A stretch of DNA of 64,000 nucleotides from Octopus vulgaris (GCA_951406725.2 OX597822.1:112902001-112966000), one strand, 5' to 3'. Shown: positions 43,298 to 57,709, counted from the stretch's first letter. Numbers and translations: made by a program. The notes: generated by a model not told the origin, from the letters alone.

Positions 43298-45472
43298 CTG
43301 GCAGATGTCATATTATTGCTACTTAAACTATTACTATATTGATATTTAATAGCCATTTATTTTATCAATAGAAACCTCAGTACCGTTGCTCGTCTGTTGA
43401 TATATCGCACCTTTAAATAACAATACCTTCAAACAAAAATAGGAAATATTGGATGATGAGTATCAAGGCTGGAAAGTTATTTAGTCACCATGTCTCCTCG
43501 GTCATAGCTGACCTAGAGTTAAACAGGAAAAACAACCGCTGAAGAAGGAATAGATTAGGCAACCGGATGGGATTAACTGAGATAAAGAGAAACATGTAAA
43601 ATAACGAAAACTTCAGCTATCAGTTCAAATTTACGCGGCCTTTGAGGGACTTGGACATAGCCAAGTCTTCGTGGTACAAGGAAGGGTATACATAAAAAGT
43701 TAATGGACAACCATAATATTAAAAATATAAACAAAATTAATATCAAAATATTAGCAAGAGAACGCAGTTGCAGCTTCTGTTGTAGTTAGACAAAAGATCT
43801 CGATTGCTACAAAGAAAACAAATCTAAACTGTAATTGTCTGCTGTAGTGTCTAAGACAAACATAGCTGATTTCTTACCAATATGTTGGTGCTTTGTAAGG
43901 TTATGTACTGTAAGTGCAGTGCGGACCGAACATTTAGCTGAGTCTCTCGCGAAGATCAAGCCATTGCCTTCTGCAAAACCTCTGCAAAGCGGCGTTGTCT
44001 TCCTCTCTCTGATGATTATGGTAATGGAAGTTGTATAGTGGATGTGGTTGAAATGGTTTAGGGCAGACATTTACCTTCAGGCCAAATCGGGATTAACTTC
44101 TTTTAGCACCACTTAAAGAGGAAGATGAGAGGAGAAAAAGAGGCCCCAATCTACAGTAAAATTTATGAAAGAGATGAAATTTGTTCCGCTATATGAGTCC
44201 ATATTAACCGAGTCGCTATAGATTATAGTTAGAAACTGAGAGATAAGCTGATTTTTGGTGTCATGATAGTTTGGTGTTGTGCATGAATATCTTTATCTAA
44301 TTGGACCTCCATTTTAAGTATCCTTTCTTTGTGGAACTCTATTCTGTACCAGCCATATGACCAAATGGTTAGAGTGTCGGGCTCAAAATCATAAATAAGA
44401 TCGGGTGTTCGATATCTGAGCCAGTGGTGCATTATATCCTTAAGAAAAGCGCTTCATTTCACGTTGCTCCAGGCTTTTCAGTTGTAAATGAGAATAGTGC
44501 AGTTCTCTTTCCGTCCAGTATTGCATAAAAGGATGAGCCACTATGTCAATGAGCGGGAGGGCTCTGAGGATAATGCCTATGTCTGCTGACCACTACACAA
44601 ATAGGAAACGGGCGTCCACATCGGATATGACTTCGACGCAAGCCATATTCCATTGCTTATTAATAGTGAAGGGTGTCACTCGGAATCGAGAGTTACGTGG
44701 TAACACGGACCATACATATTACTGTTATTACCAGTTTTTACAGTGATGTATGGGCAGAATCATTAAAGCACAAACAAAATACAAGCTCTAAAAACAGTCG
44801 AACTTTTCCGGTTCAGAGGGTGACCGAATAATTTTTGTCTCTAAATAATTCAATAGTTTTCTACGCTAATTAGTATACAATATTTTTATTTACTTAGTTG
44901 GTGGTGCCCCAGCATGACCACAGTAAAAGATATATCCGTCTCAAGTTCTCTGGGTATGGTAAAAACTATACTTCGTTCAGGAGTTAATAATAAAACCGAA
45001 ACCTTTTTTTTTTTTATTTTTGCTAGTGATATGAAAAACATCAAGATTAATTCTTCATTTTGGGGTGGGAACAGTGGATCTTGAAGCACATAAAACTATA
45101 AAGAATCGAAGATTAATAAGGGGTTGGAAAACTCTTTTGGATAGAAACAGTTGAAGGCCGCCGTGGAACTCGGACCCACATCTCCTATAAACTATGTTTT
45201 TTTTATCCAAAAGAGAATTCAGCCCAATATTTATATGTTATTGTTTATAGCTTTATGTGCTTCGAGATTTGCAGTTGCAAAAAAAAAAAAAGATTCATGT
45301 TCTCTCGACGTCTACAAGATTTATATTAATATTTGGTAATATATCTTCTCATTTGATATTTCTTTCTTCATAATGTCCCATTTATCAGGCACCAATTTAC
45401 CTTTGATGGTGATTTATTGGTTATTCGTATAAACACAGTTTGAAAATGAAAATGAAAGTAAGTCAAAATATA

Positions 45473-46394
45473 GATTGAAGCCATATGGATAAGTAAAGAA
45501 ATCTCTCTTACAGAAAGAGAACGAGTGGGAAGAAAAGAGGGAAGGAGGGAGGGAGAGAGAGGCAAAGAGAGAGGGAGAGAGTAGGGAAATTCTACAAACA
45601 ATTCATTGTTGGTGCTGATGATGTTGATGTTGAGCGTACGGTCTTCGTCCCAGAGCTCGCAAGATTGGAGCAGTCCGAAACGTGGTCCTTTGCTATTCGT
45701 AAGACCCGCAGAAGAGAAAGCAGGTCAACCCCCGACACCGAGAGCATCGATGGATGGATGAATGCGCATCCAGGCTCAGCGGTTGCATGGGAAGTCGGGA
45801 ACAAGAAACAGGAAGAAAGAGTGAGGGAAAGAGTACAACAGGGGTCACCGCCACCCCCTGCCGGAGCCTCGTAGAGCTTTAGGTATTTTCACTCAATAAA
45901 CACACGTAACGCCCGGTCTGCGAATCGAAACCGCGATCCTTCGACCGCGAGTCCGCTGCCCTAACCACTGGGTCATTGCGCCTCCTGTTGGTGCTGCTAG
46001 ATAAAGGTCAATATCAAATGATATATATTTTTTTTCGGTTGCATAGAAGTAACCGTACGCCTGTCTCTCTCGTATGGAGCTTTATCAAACAGCACGAATC
46101 AGCGTTAGAGACGATAAAGTGTCAATTTTAAATTCCATAATAGGTCACGTTCCGTCCACTTTTGGTAACATGAAATATTTTACTTTCAATATTTCTTACA
46201 TTTGAGGTTCCCGAAAACAAAAGTTACAACGAAACAGTATTTTTGTGCTATTGAAATAATACGAAGCGGTGACGTCTCAGAGGGTGGGTGTCCCTCAACT
46301 CCAGCCTGAAGTGTTTCACCTGGCACGGAAAGCTAACCAATAGTGGTACCAAAAAAAATCACTATTTATGATTCAGACATCCAGAAAGACCACT
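45473..46394. repeat. Inverted copy of the 8028-8512 repeat, split by a SINE
   Basis: Reverse-complement match on both sides of the SINE. Confidence 0.85.
45618..45985 (-). mobile_element. SINE family A with tail type 3 and 11-bp TSD
   Basis: TGTTGGTGCTG at 45607-45617 and 45986-45996. Confidence 0.92.
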
Positions 46395-46613
46395 GTAGAT
46401 TTTAAAGAAGACTTTTCGGTGATACGCTTCAGAAGGAGAATATTTTATTCTGAGTGCAATGCCAATAAATTGTATTGGAGTTATTTTTAAAAAAATATAA
46501 AATAAAATCAAACCCGAGTTGTAACACGCAGATTATCAAGATTGCGTGTTGATTAGTAGCACATAAGCTTCCCTTTGACTTGAAAATATCATGACGATGA
46601 CGATGATTATGAT

Positions 46614-46666
<53 letters not shown>

Positions 46667-46671
46667 TATAT

Positions 46672-47040
46672 TTACTACCCTCAAGGGGCTAAACATAGAG
46701 GGGACAAACAAGGACAGATAAAGGGATTAAGCAGATTACATCGACCCCAGTGCGAAGCTGGTACCTTATTTATCGACCCCGAAAGAATGAAAGGCAAAGT
46801 CAACCTCGCGAAATTTGAACTCAGAACGTAGCGACAGATGAAATACCTATTTCTTTACTACCCGCAAGGGGCTAAACATAGAGAGGACAAACAAGGTCAG
46901 ACACACTGATTAAGTCGATTATATCGTTCCCAGTGCGTAACTGGTACTTAATTTATCGACCCCGAAAGCATGAAAGGCAAAGTCGACCTCGGCGGAATTT
47001 GAACTCAGAACGTAGCTAATGTTTCTGCCAGCTCGCCGCC

Positions 47041-47042
<2 letters not shown>
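46672..47042 (-). mobile_element. SINE family C dimer
   Basis: Same internal junction (GTAGTAAAGAAATA|GGTATTTC) as near 31063. Confidence 0.85.
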
Positions 47043-47085
<43 letters not shown>

Positions 47086-47161
47086 TTTATATATGAGGAT
47101 AATATCGATATTTAAGTATCAAAATTATCAAATTTATATATATATATATATATATATAATA

Positions 47162-47266
<105 letters not shown>

Positions 47267-47307
47267 GTGTGCATATGTGTACATTCATATTTATTATATC
47301 AAAGACA

Positions 47308-47922
47308 ATGTCTTTATGTGTTCGTGTATTACTTACACATTCGAAAACTGCTACACCGATCATAATGAAATTTGGAACACAAAATCGAAGCCTAGGGAGA
47401 AGGGTAATGCTGTGTGTTTCATACAATTTCATGGACCAAAATTACTGAATGGATCCTTATGATATTTGAAACTTGAATTCAATGCATAAGGGCGGGTATA
47501 ATGCAATATGTTTGGTTTGAATTTCAGATGACTTAAAGGGGGAAGAACCCCACCCATGAAAATTCATAAATTTTCGATGTTGTTGAAATTTCAACCATGG
47601 GTAATTGACACACATGTCTTTATGTGTTCGTGTATTACTTACACATTCGAAAACTGCTACACCGATCATAATGAAATTTGGAACACAAAATCGAAGCCTA
47701 GGGAGAAGGGTAATGCTGTGTGTTTCATACAATTTAATGGACCAAAATTACTGAATGGATCCTTATGATATTTGAAACTTGAATTCAATGCATAAGGGCG
47801 GGTATAATGCAATATGTTTGGTTTGAATTTCAGATGACTTAAAGGGGGAAGAACCCCCCCACCCATGAAAATTCATAAATTTTCGATGTTGTTGAAATTT
47901 CAACCATGGGTAATTGACACAC
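47308..47922. repeat. Near-perfect tandem duplication, about 306-bp unit, with diverged sub-repeats to about 48250
   Basis: Units start at 47308 and 47614. Confidence 0.95.
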
Positions 47923-49071
47923 ATCAAGAAGTATTCTCACAGTTTCCACTTCACATGAGGATTCTAAGACACGTTAATGGGGGCCTTAACTCCCAAATTT
48001 TAGTCATTTCTTTTATGATCCAAAACTAAGTCAAAAGTACTGAATGGATCGTTACGAAATTTGGAAATTATATTCTATGCATAAGGACCACAACCCCCAT
48101 GGCAATTAATATATTTTTGCTGTTGATGAAATTTTAACCATAGATATTAGATACAAATGAAGTAATATTTATAAAATCTCATCTTCTTACAAGTTAGAAA
48201 GACCCCTTCATGGGGACTTAACACCCACAATTTTGTCATTTTATCTAAGCAAAGACGAATAGTTGTACTCTTGGAAGCTGTAGGGTCGTCCGAACATAGA
48301 AGATGAGCATTATACACACACATACACACCGTGCCTAGGGTTAAACACAGCTCTTTTGCATGATTTCAACGGAAATCTTATAAGCTGACAAGGCGAGTTG
48401 AGTTTAATCCTAGGCGCGGTGAGAACCACCTCTGAGCATTAAGATGCGTTAAGCATCAAGATGCGAGATCATCAGCGATCTGGCGTATCTGCGGCCGTAG
48501 AGAGCTTGTCTCCCTTGTCAACTCATTAAGAGTGCTTCTGTGGCTATTGAGTTGTTTTGACTCCTATTTCTAGCAATACTGGTGCTGATTAGTGCTCTTT
48601 GGCACTTTAGTGACGCGTATATATATATATATGTAGCGAATCTTGCAAGCAGGAAGTGGATTCGATCCATCATAGCCAAATTTAAATCAACACTGCTACA
48701 GAACTTTTCCCACGATGGAACAATGGTTTTTCTCTGACAGCAGTTTTACATTTTCCAGATGTAATTAGCTAGGCCAAAATAATGTCTTCACCGCTTGACC
48801 TTTTCTAACCTCTTCTACTTCACCAAAAGCTAGAGTAGAGATAAGACCACCAACTAAATCTATTGTTCTCGTTGATATATCTATCCTTCTGGATCTTAAT
48901 ATAAGCACATGCCAAGTAAAAATCAGTTAGTCACCACTCATGGTGACAACTCAGGGAGAACGTAGTCTGGCTGACCAGCTACAATCTTGGCCAGAGGGAA
49001 AAAATGAAGTTTACTGTGGACAACACCCTATAATTCTCTCTGGCTCCAATTCTGTTCTCCTATACCAACAT

Positions 49072-49418
49072 GGATGGAACCTACACTCGCCTCCTTATGA
49101 GAGCTCAAAATCTCTCGTGGAAGCGTCAATCAACCAAAATGCAAATATATGGGAAACTACCACCTGTGTCATCTCTTGTGAAAGGTAGAAGAGTCCAGTT
49201 TGCTGGACATTGTTGTAGAGCTGAAAACGAGGCAATTTCTACTCTTCTCCTCCTCCGGAAGCCATCTACTCGCAATACCAGAGGGCGCACACTCTCCTAC
49301 CCTTATGTAATCTCCAGGGATACAGGCATCCAGCAACAGGACCTCCGTAATGCCATGATGGACCGTGAAGTCTGGCGTAGCATTGTCTCTACCACGGTCG
49401 AAAAATGATGATGATGAC
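49072..49418 (+). mobile_element. 5'-truncated RTE-clade LINE 3' end
   Basis: DGTYTRLL...RRVQFAGHC...DREVWR, (TGA)n tail, TSD ACCAACAT at 49064-49071 and 49419-49426. Confidence 0.9.
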
Positions 49419-49924
49419 ACCAACATTCTATCGCTATCTATGGATTACTACTAACTATACGTATACGTAAAACTATGTAAAGAAAACATTCTACCGCAGC
49501 AAACTTTACTTTCGCATGCTTTTGGATTTCTCAACCTGTCCGTCGAGGTCAGGTATTGTAACGTAACGGTAAATAAACAATTTCCATAAAACTTCATATA
49601 TTTTTCCATCATCTTCTCATCTTACAACTTGCCGTTTTAATAACACACTTTTGATCGTTACTACCGGATCTATCCATCGCATGCTTTTGGATGTATCAAC
49701 CTGCCCGTCGAGGCAAGGTAATTATAACGTAACGGTAAATAAACAACTTTCATGAAACATCATGCATTGTGCATCTTTTACATCTTACAGTAAACAATTA
49801 TAACAACAAATATTTGCCGTTACAATTGGTAACTTCCACTAATCAACTTTAGCCGTTATGATAGATCGTTAGCCACTACACACATTTTATTCTCTCCTTG
49901 CTTCTCTTTTTTTTTTCTATGTCC

Positions 49925-49960
49925 CTTTCTATAGAAGAGCGTAGGCTCGAAACGTAAAAG
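49925..49960 (+). ncRNA. Minimal hammerhead variant in a short element (about 49860-50051)
   Basis: CTTT-CTATAGA-A-GAGC-gtag-GCTC-GAAA-CG-TA-AAAG; core mutated. Confidence 0.5.
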
Positions 49961-50340
49961 ACTCTTTCTATTCCTGAGCGTTATACTAATACAACTGTTT
50001 GTCTTGTACACCACCTGTCTTTGTCTTTTGTTTTTTCGTAAACTCTCCCTATATATATATATATATATATATATGTATGAATGTATGTATGTATGTATGT
50101 ATACAGAAGGGAGGGAGAGAGAGAGGGGCGAGATGTCTATAAATAAATGTATATGTATATATAAAGGTTATACGAATGATTAGCTTAGTATTTCATTGCA
50201 TCTCACGTCGGACCAATTGTTACACATTAATTTATACAGAAAACTCTTCACAGCATTTCCTCTCCAGAAATAAGTGCTTCTAAAACTCGTTCTCCCACTC
50301 CTTCTTCCTCTTTCTCCCTCACTCTCTCTATCCCTCTCTT

Positions 50341-50450
<110 letters not shown>

Positions 50451-51744
50451 CCGCTGTATCTATCTATCTATTTGCCTATCTGTCTATCTATCTATTTTCT
50501 CGGTTTTCCCTTAAATTTGCTGTAATGAACATTTTTTTTTATACTTGCTTCTTTTATTTCTGATCTTCGATTTAATAGAACCTGAAGACAGACAAATATA
50601 TAAATAAATAAATAAATAAATTTAAAAAAAAAACGAATGATGTAGTTAAACTCAAAAAAACCAATAAAAATAGGCTGTAGCTATTGTAAATCGGCCATTT
50701 CTAAATTCGCAGGAGGAATTCACTGTGCACAACTGAGGCGTTCGAATGTCTCAGGTTTTCGCTTTAAACCGGAAGAAGCGTGGCTAGTTTACTATAGTAC
50801 ATTTATTTTGTGGGGAAATTTGTTAGTTTAAGAGAGAACGTGTGATTTGAATAACAACTAATTCTATTGACTCTAATCTTTGATATACTGACATCTTTAT
50901 TCTGTCGGTTAAGGGCCTAATACGCTGCAATCACTACAATAAACACTCAACGTGATTGCATGTTGGCTGACATTTTGTGTCGGTCGTATGTACGTGTGGA
51001 TGATGGAAGAATAGGCGAGATGCGGAGAGAGGGTGGCATAGAATGTGTGAGTGCGTATATCTGTGTGTCTGTGTGTCTTTCTATGTGTATGTGTGTGAAT
51101 ATGTGTGTCTGGGGAGAGAGATAGCGCATGCTTTTTTGTTTGCAGGTATGTATGTGCGTGTGACTCTGTGTGTGTGTATGTGTGTATGTGTATGTGTGTG
51201 TGTGTGTATCTGTGTGTATGTGTGTGTGTGTATGTGTGTGTGTGTATCTGTGTGTGTGTGTGTATCTGTGTGTGTGTATCTGTGTGTGTGTGTATCTGTG
51301 TGTGTGTGTATCTGTGTGTGCGTGTGTGTGTGTATCTGTGTGTATGTGTGTGTATCTGTGTGTGTGTATGTGTGTGTGTGTGTGTGTGTGTATGTGTGTG
51401 TGTGTGTCTGTGTGTGTGTGTATCTGTGTGTGTGTGTGTATCTGTGTGTGTGTGTATCTGTGTGTGTGTGTGTGTGTGTGTTAGTGTGTGCGTGTAAAGG
51501 CAAGAAATTCAAATAGTAATGGTGTGCCAAACATTCTGTGATAGGGTGAGACAAAGTGTTGGACATAAAATAAGAAAGAAATGTTACAAAATGGTCTTGA
51601 GGGAAGAGAAAGAGAAGGAAATGACGAAAAGAAGAAGGGAAATATGTGGGATGCATTGATGGAAAGAGAGAGCGGGGAATGAGAGAGATGCGGGGGGGGG
51701 AGATGCGTGTGTGTATGTGTGTACATACATACATATATATATAT

Positions 51745-51815
<71 letters not shown>

Positions 51816-52079
51816 CACATACGTATACACGTACATAATACAGACATTATATATATATATATATATTATATATGCATATATATGCATATCTATATATATG
51901 GTTTATGAATGCATGGTCAAACTGTTTATCAGTGTATGTTGAGAACGGGTGGTGGGTGCGTTGAAAAAACCATATCTATATATATATACATATACATATA
52001 CACACACATATATGTATATATATTATATATATATATATGCATTTCTATATATATATAAATATACATACACATACACACA

Positions 52080-52131
<52 letters not shown>

Positions 52132-53057
52132 ATACACACACATGAATATACATACAGCCACGCATACAATGGAGAGATCTGATGAGAGAAAAAAAAGCAA
52201 TAGAGTATAGATGTGTGTGCTTTGTGCGCATGTGTAGCGATGCGGAAACATAAGAGAGACACTATTGTCTCTAGAATTTTTTGGAAACAATTGTGTTGAT
52301 AAGGAAACCACTTGAGTGAATTGTATGACCAATGTTAGCAATACAGTTTTGAGTAAGCAACCACGTTTACAGAGATCCTTGTTAAATTTATTCAAAGTTA
52401 CCCAACAACAACATAATATTTGCACAATCTATCTTCTTGGTAGTCACTCTCCACTCTCTCACTCACCTCTCTCTCTCTCTGTTTCTCTGTTTCTTCATCT
52501 CACTCTTTCACTCACTCTCCTTCTCTTACTTTCATTTTTGCCTTTCCGCTTTCTTCTATCTCTCAAAGGCACTTTACGGCCACTTTTCTCCTTACACCAA
52601 TATTTATTGACTGAAAACTTCTTGAAGCGTTTACACAGTCCTCCTTTAGCTTGACAATATATTTGCGCAATATATTTGAGTTTTCAAACATTCTTTTGTA
52701 CAAAAACGAGTAAGAGCGACAGGGGAGAGTGACTGGATGAATGAGAAGGGACGTATAACCTTTGACGGCTACTTGAAATATAATTGCGATGGGATACAGG
52801 AAAGGTGATGGACAAAAATGTTACAACCCCTTCACTGATCTTTAAATTTAGGTTTCACCGAAAGACAAGGCGGTTCAAATGGTGCAGCGTTCGCTTCAAT
52901 ATTTCCCTATATTTCGTTTCGCCCCACTTGGTCTTCACTTCAAAGTCAGTGTTGCGCTCAGAATACATGTTTTATATTCATTAATAGGAACCAAAGATAA
53001 TTCTTCCTGCTGAATAATGAGGAATACGTATTTCAGTATCCCCAATCCCAACATATA

Positions 53058-53453
53058 CTCTTTTACTTGTTTCAGTCAGTTGACTGCGGCCATGCTGGGG
53101 CACCGCCTTTAGTCGAGCAAATCGACCCCGGGACTTATTCTTTTGTAAGCCCAGTACTTATTCTATCGGTCTCTTTTGCCGAACCGCTAAGTAACGGGGA
53201 CATAAACACACCAGCATCGGTTGTCAAGCAATGCTAGGGGGACAAACACAGACACACAAACATACACACACACATATATATGTATATATATATATATACG
53301 AGGGGCTTCTTTCAGTTTCCGTCTACCAAATCCACTCACAAGGCTTTGGTCGGCCCGAGGCTATAGTAGAAGACACTTGCCCAAGGTGCCACGCAGTGGG
53401 ACTGAACCCGGAACCATGTGGTTGGTAAACAAGCTACTTACCACACAGCCACG
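53058..53453 (-). mobile_element. SINE family B, full length
   Basis: Matches 12088-12492. Confidence 0.9.
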
Positions 53454-54213
53454 CATATAGTATAGGGTAAAATTAATTGATTGATTAATTAATAATTAAT
53501 GATTTTACCATGTAGTCAGTTCGTTAAAAAGTATATATATCATTGTTATCTTAAAGATATATTTCATCAGTTTTAGCGTATCACATTCCTCTTGCCTCCT
53601 TTTTACCTCACATTCGCGCCTATATATACATAAAATGGCGGTGCCCCAGCATGTCCACAGCTCGTGAGCTGAAACTAGATAAGATAAAATATAAAAATAA
53701 ATAATACTTACAAACATACATACATACACAAATACACACACACACACATGTATATATATATATATATATATGTGTGCGTGTGTTTGCATGTATATATATA
53801 TATATATATATACGTATATATGTGTACATACACACACACATATATATATTTATATATGGTTCCGGGTTCAGTCCCACTGCGAGACATCATGACAAATGGG
53901 TCGATTTGTTCGACTAAAGACGGTGCTCCAGTATAGCCGCAGACAAATGATTGAAACAAGTAAAAGAATGAAAGTATATAAAAAAAGAACATACATATAT
54001 AATGAGGGAGAAACGCTGAGGACGGGGACAGAGAGAGACCAATTACATCGGGAAAGACAACTTGAAATATTTAAAAACACTAAAAGCTTTTAATTTGCAA
54101 ATGGACATAACAAAAATTTGTGAACAAGAAAATCTGAGTAGCGACACTCGAAAACTCAGTTAATTCTATCGCACTGTAAAAGTACTGAGTACATTTCTGT
54201 CACCATGGAACTA

Positions 54214-54281
<68 letters not shown>

Positions 54282-54287
54282 GAACTA

Positions 54288-54352
<65 letters not shown>

Positions 54353-54441
54353 CATCATTTGTGTGCATGTGTTCGTGTGTGGGGGTGGGGTGGGTGGCTG
54401 TCTGTAAGTGTGTGTACGCCTTTTTTACTCTCTCTTTCTTG

Positions 54442-54476
<35 letters not shown>

Positions 54477-54565
54477 AGGAAAAATTTTTTTTTTAAATGC
54501 AGAATGCTTAAATGAAAGAAAATTTTAATAAAATGAGAAATTGATAAAATATATAAATATATATT

Positions 54566-54606
54566 TATTCAACCGGTTTTCGTCATTGTATGACTTGTCA
54601 AGAATA
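54566..54606 (-). ncRNA. Decayed minimal hammerhead
   Basis: TATTC-TTGACAA-GTCAT-aca-ATGAC-GAAA-ACCGG-TT-GAATA; stems I and II intact, core mutated. Confidence 0.5.
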
Positions 54607-55070
54607 TTTATGTTTTAAAAAGTTTTTTTAAAAATTAGAAAGGGGAAAAAAAAGAAAATTGCATTGTTTTTTTGTAAAAGAATAATGATAAAAATGTACA
54701 AAAATTAAAAAATAAGTTCTCCGATACATTGTGAGTTCGTTGTGTATCTTGAGTTTTATGGTTGTTCACGAAAAAATTGCCTTGAGGTGTTAAGATCCAA
54801 AGGGATTAAGAGCATGTGTTGTGTTGTTTAATTCAGCATATATATATATATATATAATAAAATATTAGGGAATAAATCCAAACTTACAGGGAAAGATCAG
54901 ATTAAGGATTGAATCGTAGTGTTATACTAATTATCTTTTTTTAATAATTTTGATATATATTTAAAATAATATAAATTAATTAATTTTATGTATTGGCTTG
55001 AGTTTTTCATTGTATGATTTGCCTAATAGTGGTTTTATCTCTAATTTAATATATATATATATATATATAT

Positions 55071-55897
55071 ATGTCGTCAGCGAAACGGAGGTGGGTGAGG
55101 AGCTCGCCATTGATGTTGACACCGCCTTGCCTGTGGATGCCTCTGATCATCTGCTCGAGACATGCGGTGAAAAGTTTTGGAGAGCTCGTATCTCCTTGCT
55201 TCACTCCCTTCTCGACCGGCACTCGTACGGGTGATGACAGCAGAGCTATGTCGGTGGTGCATCCAGAATTTGCGACATCGTAATCGTCGCTGAAACCACG
55301 GATCAGCTTCAGACCATGCTGAGAGAGCTCGACATCAAAAGCTCTGCAGTAGGTCTCAAGATGAACCGCATGAAAACGAAGTTCATGTGGTCATACAATG
55401 TACCAACAGGTCGAATGGTGATTGGCAGTGATGAAATAGAGGAGGTAAAGAAATATGTCTACCTGGGACAGGAAATGAATATGTGCCGAGATATCGAAAA
55501 GGAGATCTCACGGAGAGTAAGGGCCGGATGGAAGGCGTTTAATGGCATAAGGGATGTGCTCAAGAGAAGGTTGGACAGGACCACCCGTGCCAACCTCATC
55601 AACAGCACATTTCTACCTGCAATGTTATATGGTAGTGAAACATGGGCTACCACAAAGAGAGAAGAGTAGAGACTGGTAACGGCTCAAAGAACCATGGAAC
55701 GGTCAATGCTTGGAATTTCGTTGAGAGAGCACATCAGTAGCGAAATAATCAGAAAGAAGTCCGGCGTGAGAGATGTCATCGCAGAGTATACACGCAGCAA
55801 GTTTAGATGGGCTGGATACGTCGCCGGTTCACCGATAATCGGTGGACCCACGCAGTTGTCGAGTGGTACCCGCGCGAGCGGAAACGACCACTCGGAA
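55071..55897 (+). mobile_element. RTE-clade LINE RT fragment with 5' inversion
   Basis: Minus strand 55071-55271: GVKQGDTSSPKLF...HLRFADDI. Plus strand from 55273: DIVIVAE...GLKMN..KTK...YLGQ...YGSETW...RWAGYV. Confidence 0.9.
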
Positions 55898-56867
55898 TAC
55901 TGTACAGGTACATAGTATGCCATACATTAATTTTGGAACTCATCGCATCTTTATACATGCACACAGAGTCACACACACACACATATATATATATACACAT
56001 ATACATATATGCATAAATGTATGTGTGTATTTGTAGGTACATATCTTTTACTGTTTACTTGTTTGATTCATTGGAGTATGGTCCACCGCTTCGAAAGTCT
56101 TAGTGAAGCAAATTGACCCTTGTATTGGTTCTCCTGATGCCATTCCTGGAGAAAGTGAACCCCCCGCCCAGGAGATTTAATACAGATCAAAACTACGTGA
56201 TATGGTGGTTTCACGCTAGAGTGACAGGAGTTATCTCCCGTTGGCCACATATATCGAGTGCGAGAAGCACACTGAATAAGCTAGCTGGAGGAGATGTCCT
56301 GGTGTTAAATGGCATTAGTCTTATCTCTCAGAGGATAGCCACATTAAAGATTAAAGTGGCTATAAACCATACATATATCATATATATACATATATATATA
56401 TATAAATACCCTCGACTTAAAAACCTCACTTTATTACCCGTACCACAAACCAAATGAATCCCTTAGATATATAGACATTAATTCCAACCACCCCAAAAAT
56501 ATATTAGACAACCTAGTAAAAAGTGTCTCAATTAGAATATCTAGCCTGTCCGCTACTGAAGATAGCTTTAATGCCGCAGCCCCCTATTACAACGAGGCCC
56601 TGGCCCGCAGTGGCTTTAAAGATAAGATCACCTATACTAGTATAGACCCACGCCAACCCAGGAAAAATAGGCGAAGACACATTAGCTGGTACAACACCCC
56701 CCCCCTTCAACCGTGAGGTCGCTACACCTGTAGCTAAAATCTTCTTCACTCTCCTACAGAAACACTTCCCCACCCAACATAAGTACTATACTATCCTAAA
56801 TAAGAACACCATTAGACTCTCCTACTCTACCACGCCCAATCTAGCCAGGAACCTAGCCAACAACAAC

Positions 56868-57368
56868 GTGAAAAAACTTAATATATCTACTCTTTCCGAG
56901 GCCCATCCAACATCCGATAGCAATTGCAACTGCCCTGATAAAACCACCTGCCCTCTCAACAACAACTGCCTACAGAGGGACCTCGTATATACATGCGAGG
57001 TACGATCAGGCCCCGATGATAAAAGAAAATCGTACATCGGAATGACGTCAAACAGCTTTAAGACCCGCTGGTACGCCCACACACACTCGTTCCGGCGACC
57101 TGATAAATCCAACCAAACTACCCTCGCCGCCCACATCTGGTACCTTAAAAGGAACTCCATCCCCTTCAAGACCAAGTGGAGACTACTACAGAAGGCGCGT
57201 TCGTACACAGGAGGCCATACCTGCTGTGACCTTTGCATTTCCGAGAGCCTAGAGATCTTGTTCGCCAAAGGCCATCTCCTCAACAAGATCTCAGAACACT
57301 CCCCAAATTGCATGCATAAAATTTATGCAAACTACAAGAACTATAGACCCACCCGGCAACCCGATTGA
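56868..57368 (+). CDS. Penelope-like C-terminal GIY-YIG endonuclease
   Basis: CNC...CPL...CL...LVY...YIGMT...FKTRW..H..SF...CDLC..E...LLN. Confidence 0.9.
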   Translation: MKKLNISTLSEAHPTSDSNCNCPDKTTCPLNNNCLQRDLVYTCEVRSGPDDKRKSYIGMTSNSFKTRWYAHTHSFRRPDKSNQTTLAAHIWYLKRNSIPFKTKWRLLQKARSYTGGHTCCDLCISESLEILFAKGHLLNKISEHSPNCMHKIYANYKNYRPTRQPD

Positions 57369-57709
57369 CAACACCCCACCCACAAAAACCCCCCAACCCC
57401 ACCGTTCCCCCAGCACCCCCGATTAACTTTCCTCCTAAGACCATTCACAGATTGTATATGTACACTTGTATATATGTATTGTATATATGTATAGAAATGA
57501 ATGGGTGTTAGTAGGAATATACGCATGTATGTGAGTGCGTGTATATGTATGTGTATGTGTATGTACATGTGTATGTGTGTATGTGTGTGGTTTTTTATAT
57601 ACTTATATATATATATATATGTATGTATGTGTATGTGTATGTGTATGTATGTGTGTGTATATATATATGTGTATGTATGTGTGTATGTATGTGTATGTAT
57701 TTGTATATA

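Noticed and set aside
47308-47922. Possible CRISPR array or LTR pair
   Set aside because: Adjacent 306-bp tandem units with no spacers, PBS/PPT or TG..CA ends; eukaryotic context.
56068-56345. Possible inverted, decayed Penelope piece (KPPY...HF)
   Set aside because: Similarity too weak to call by eye.
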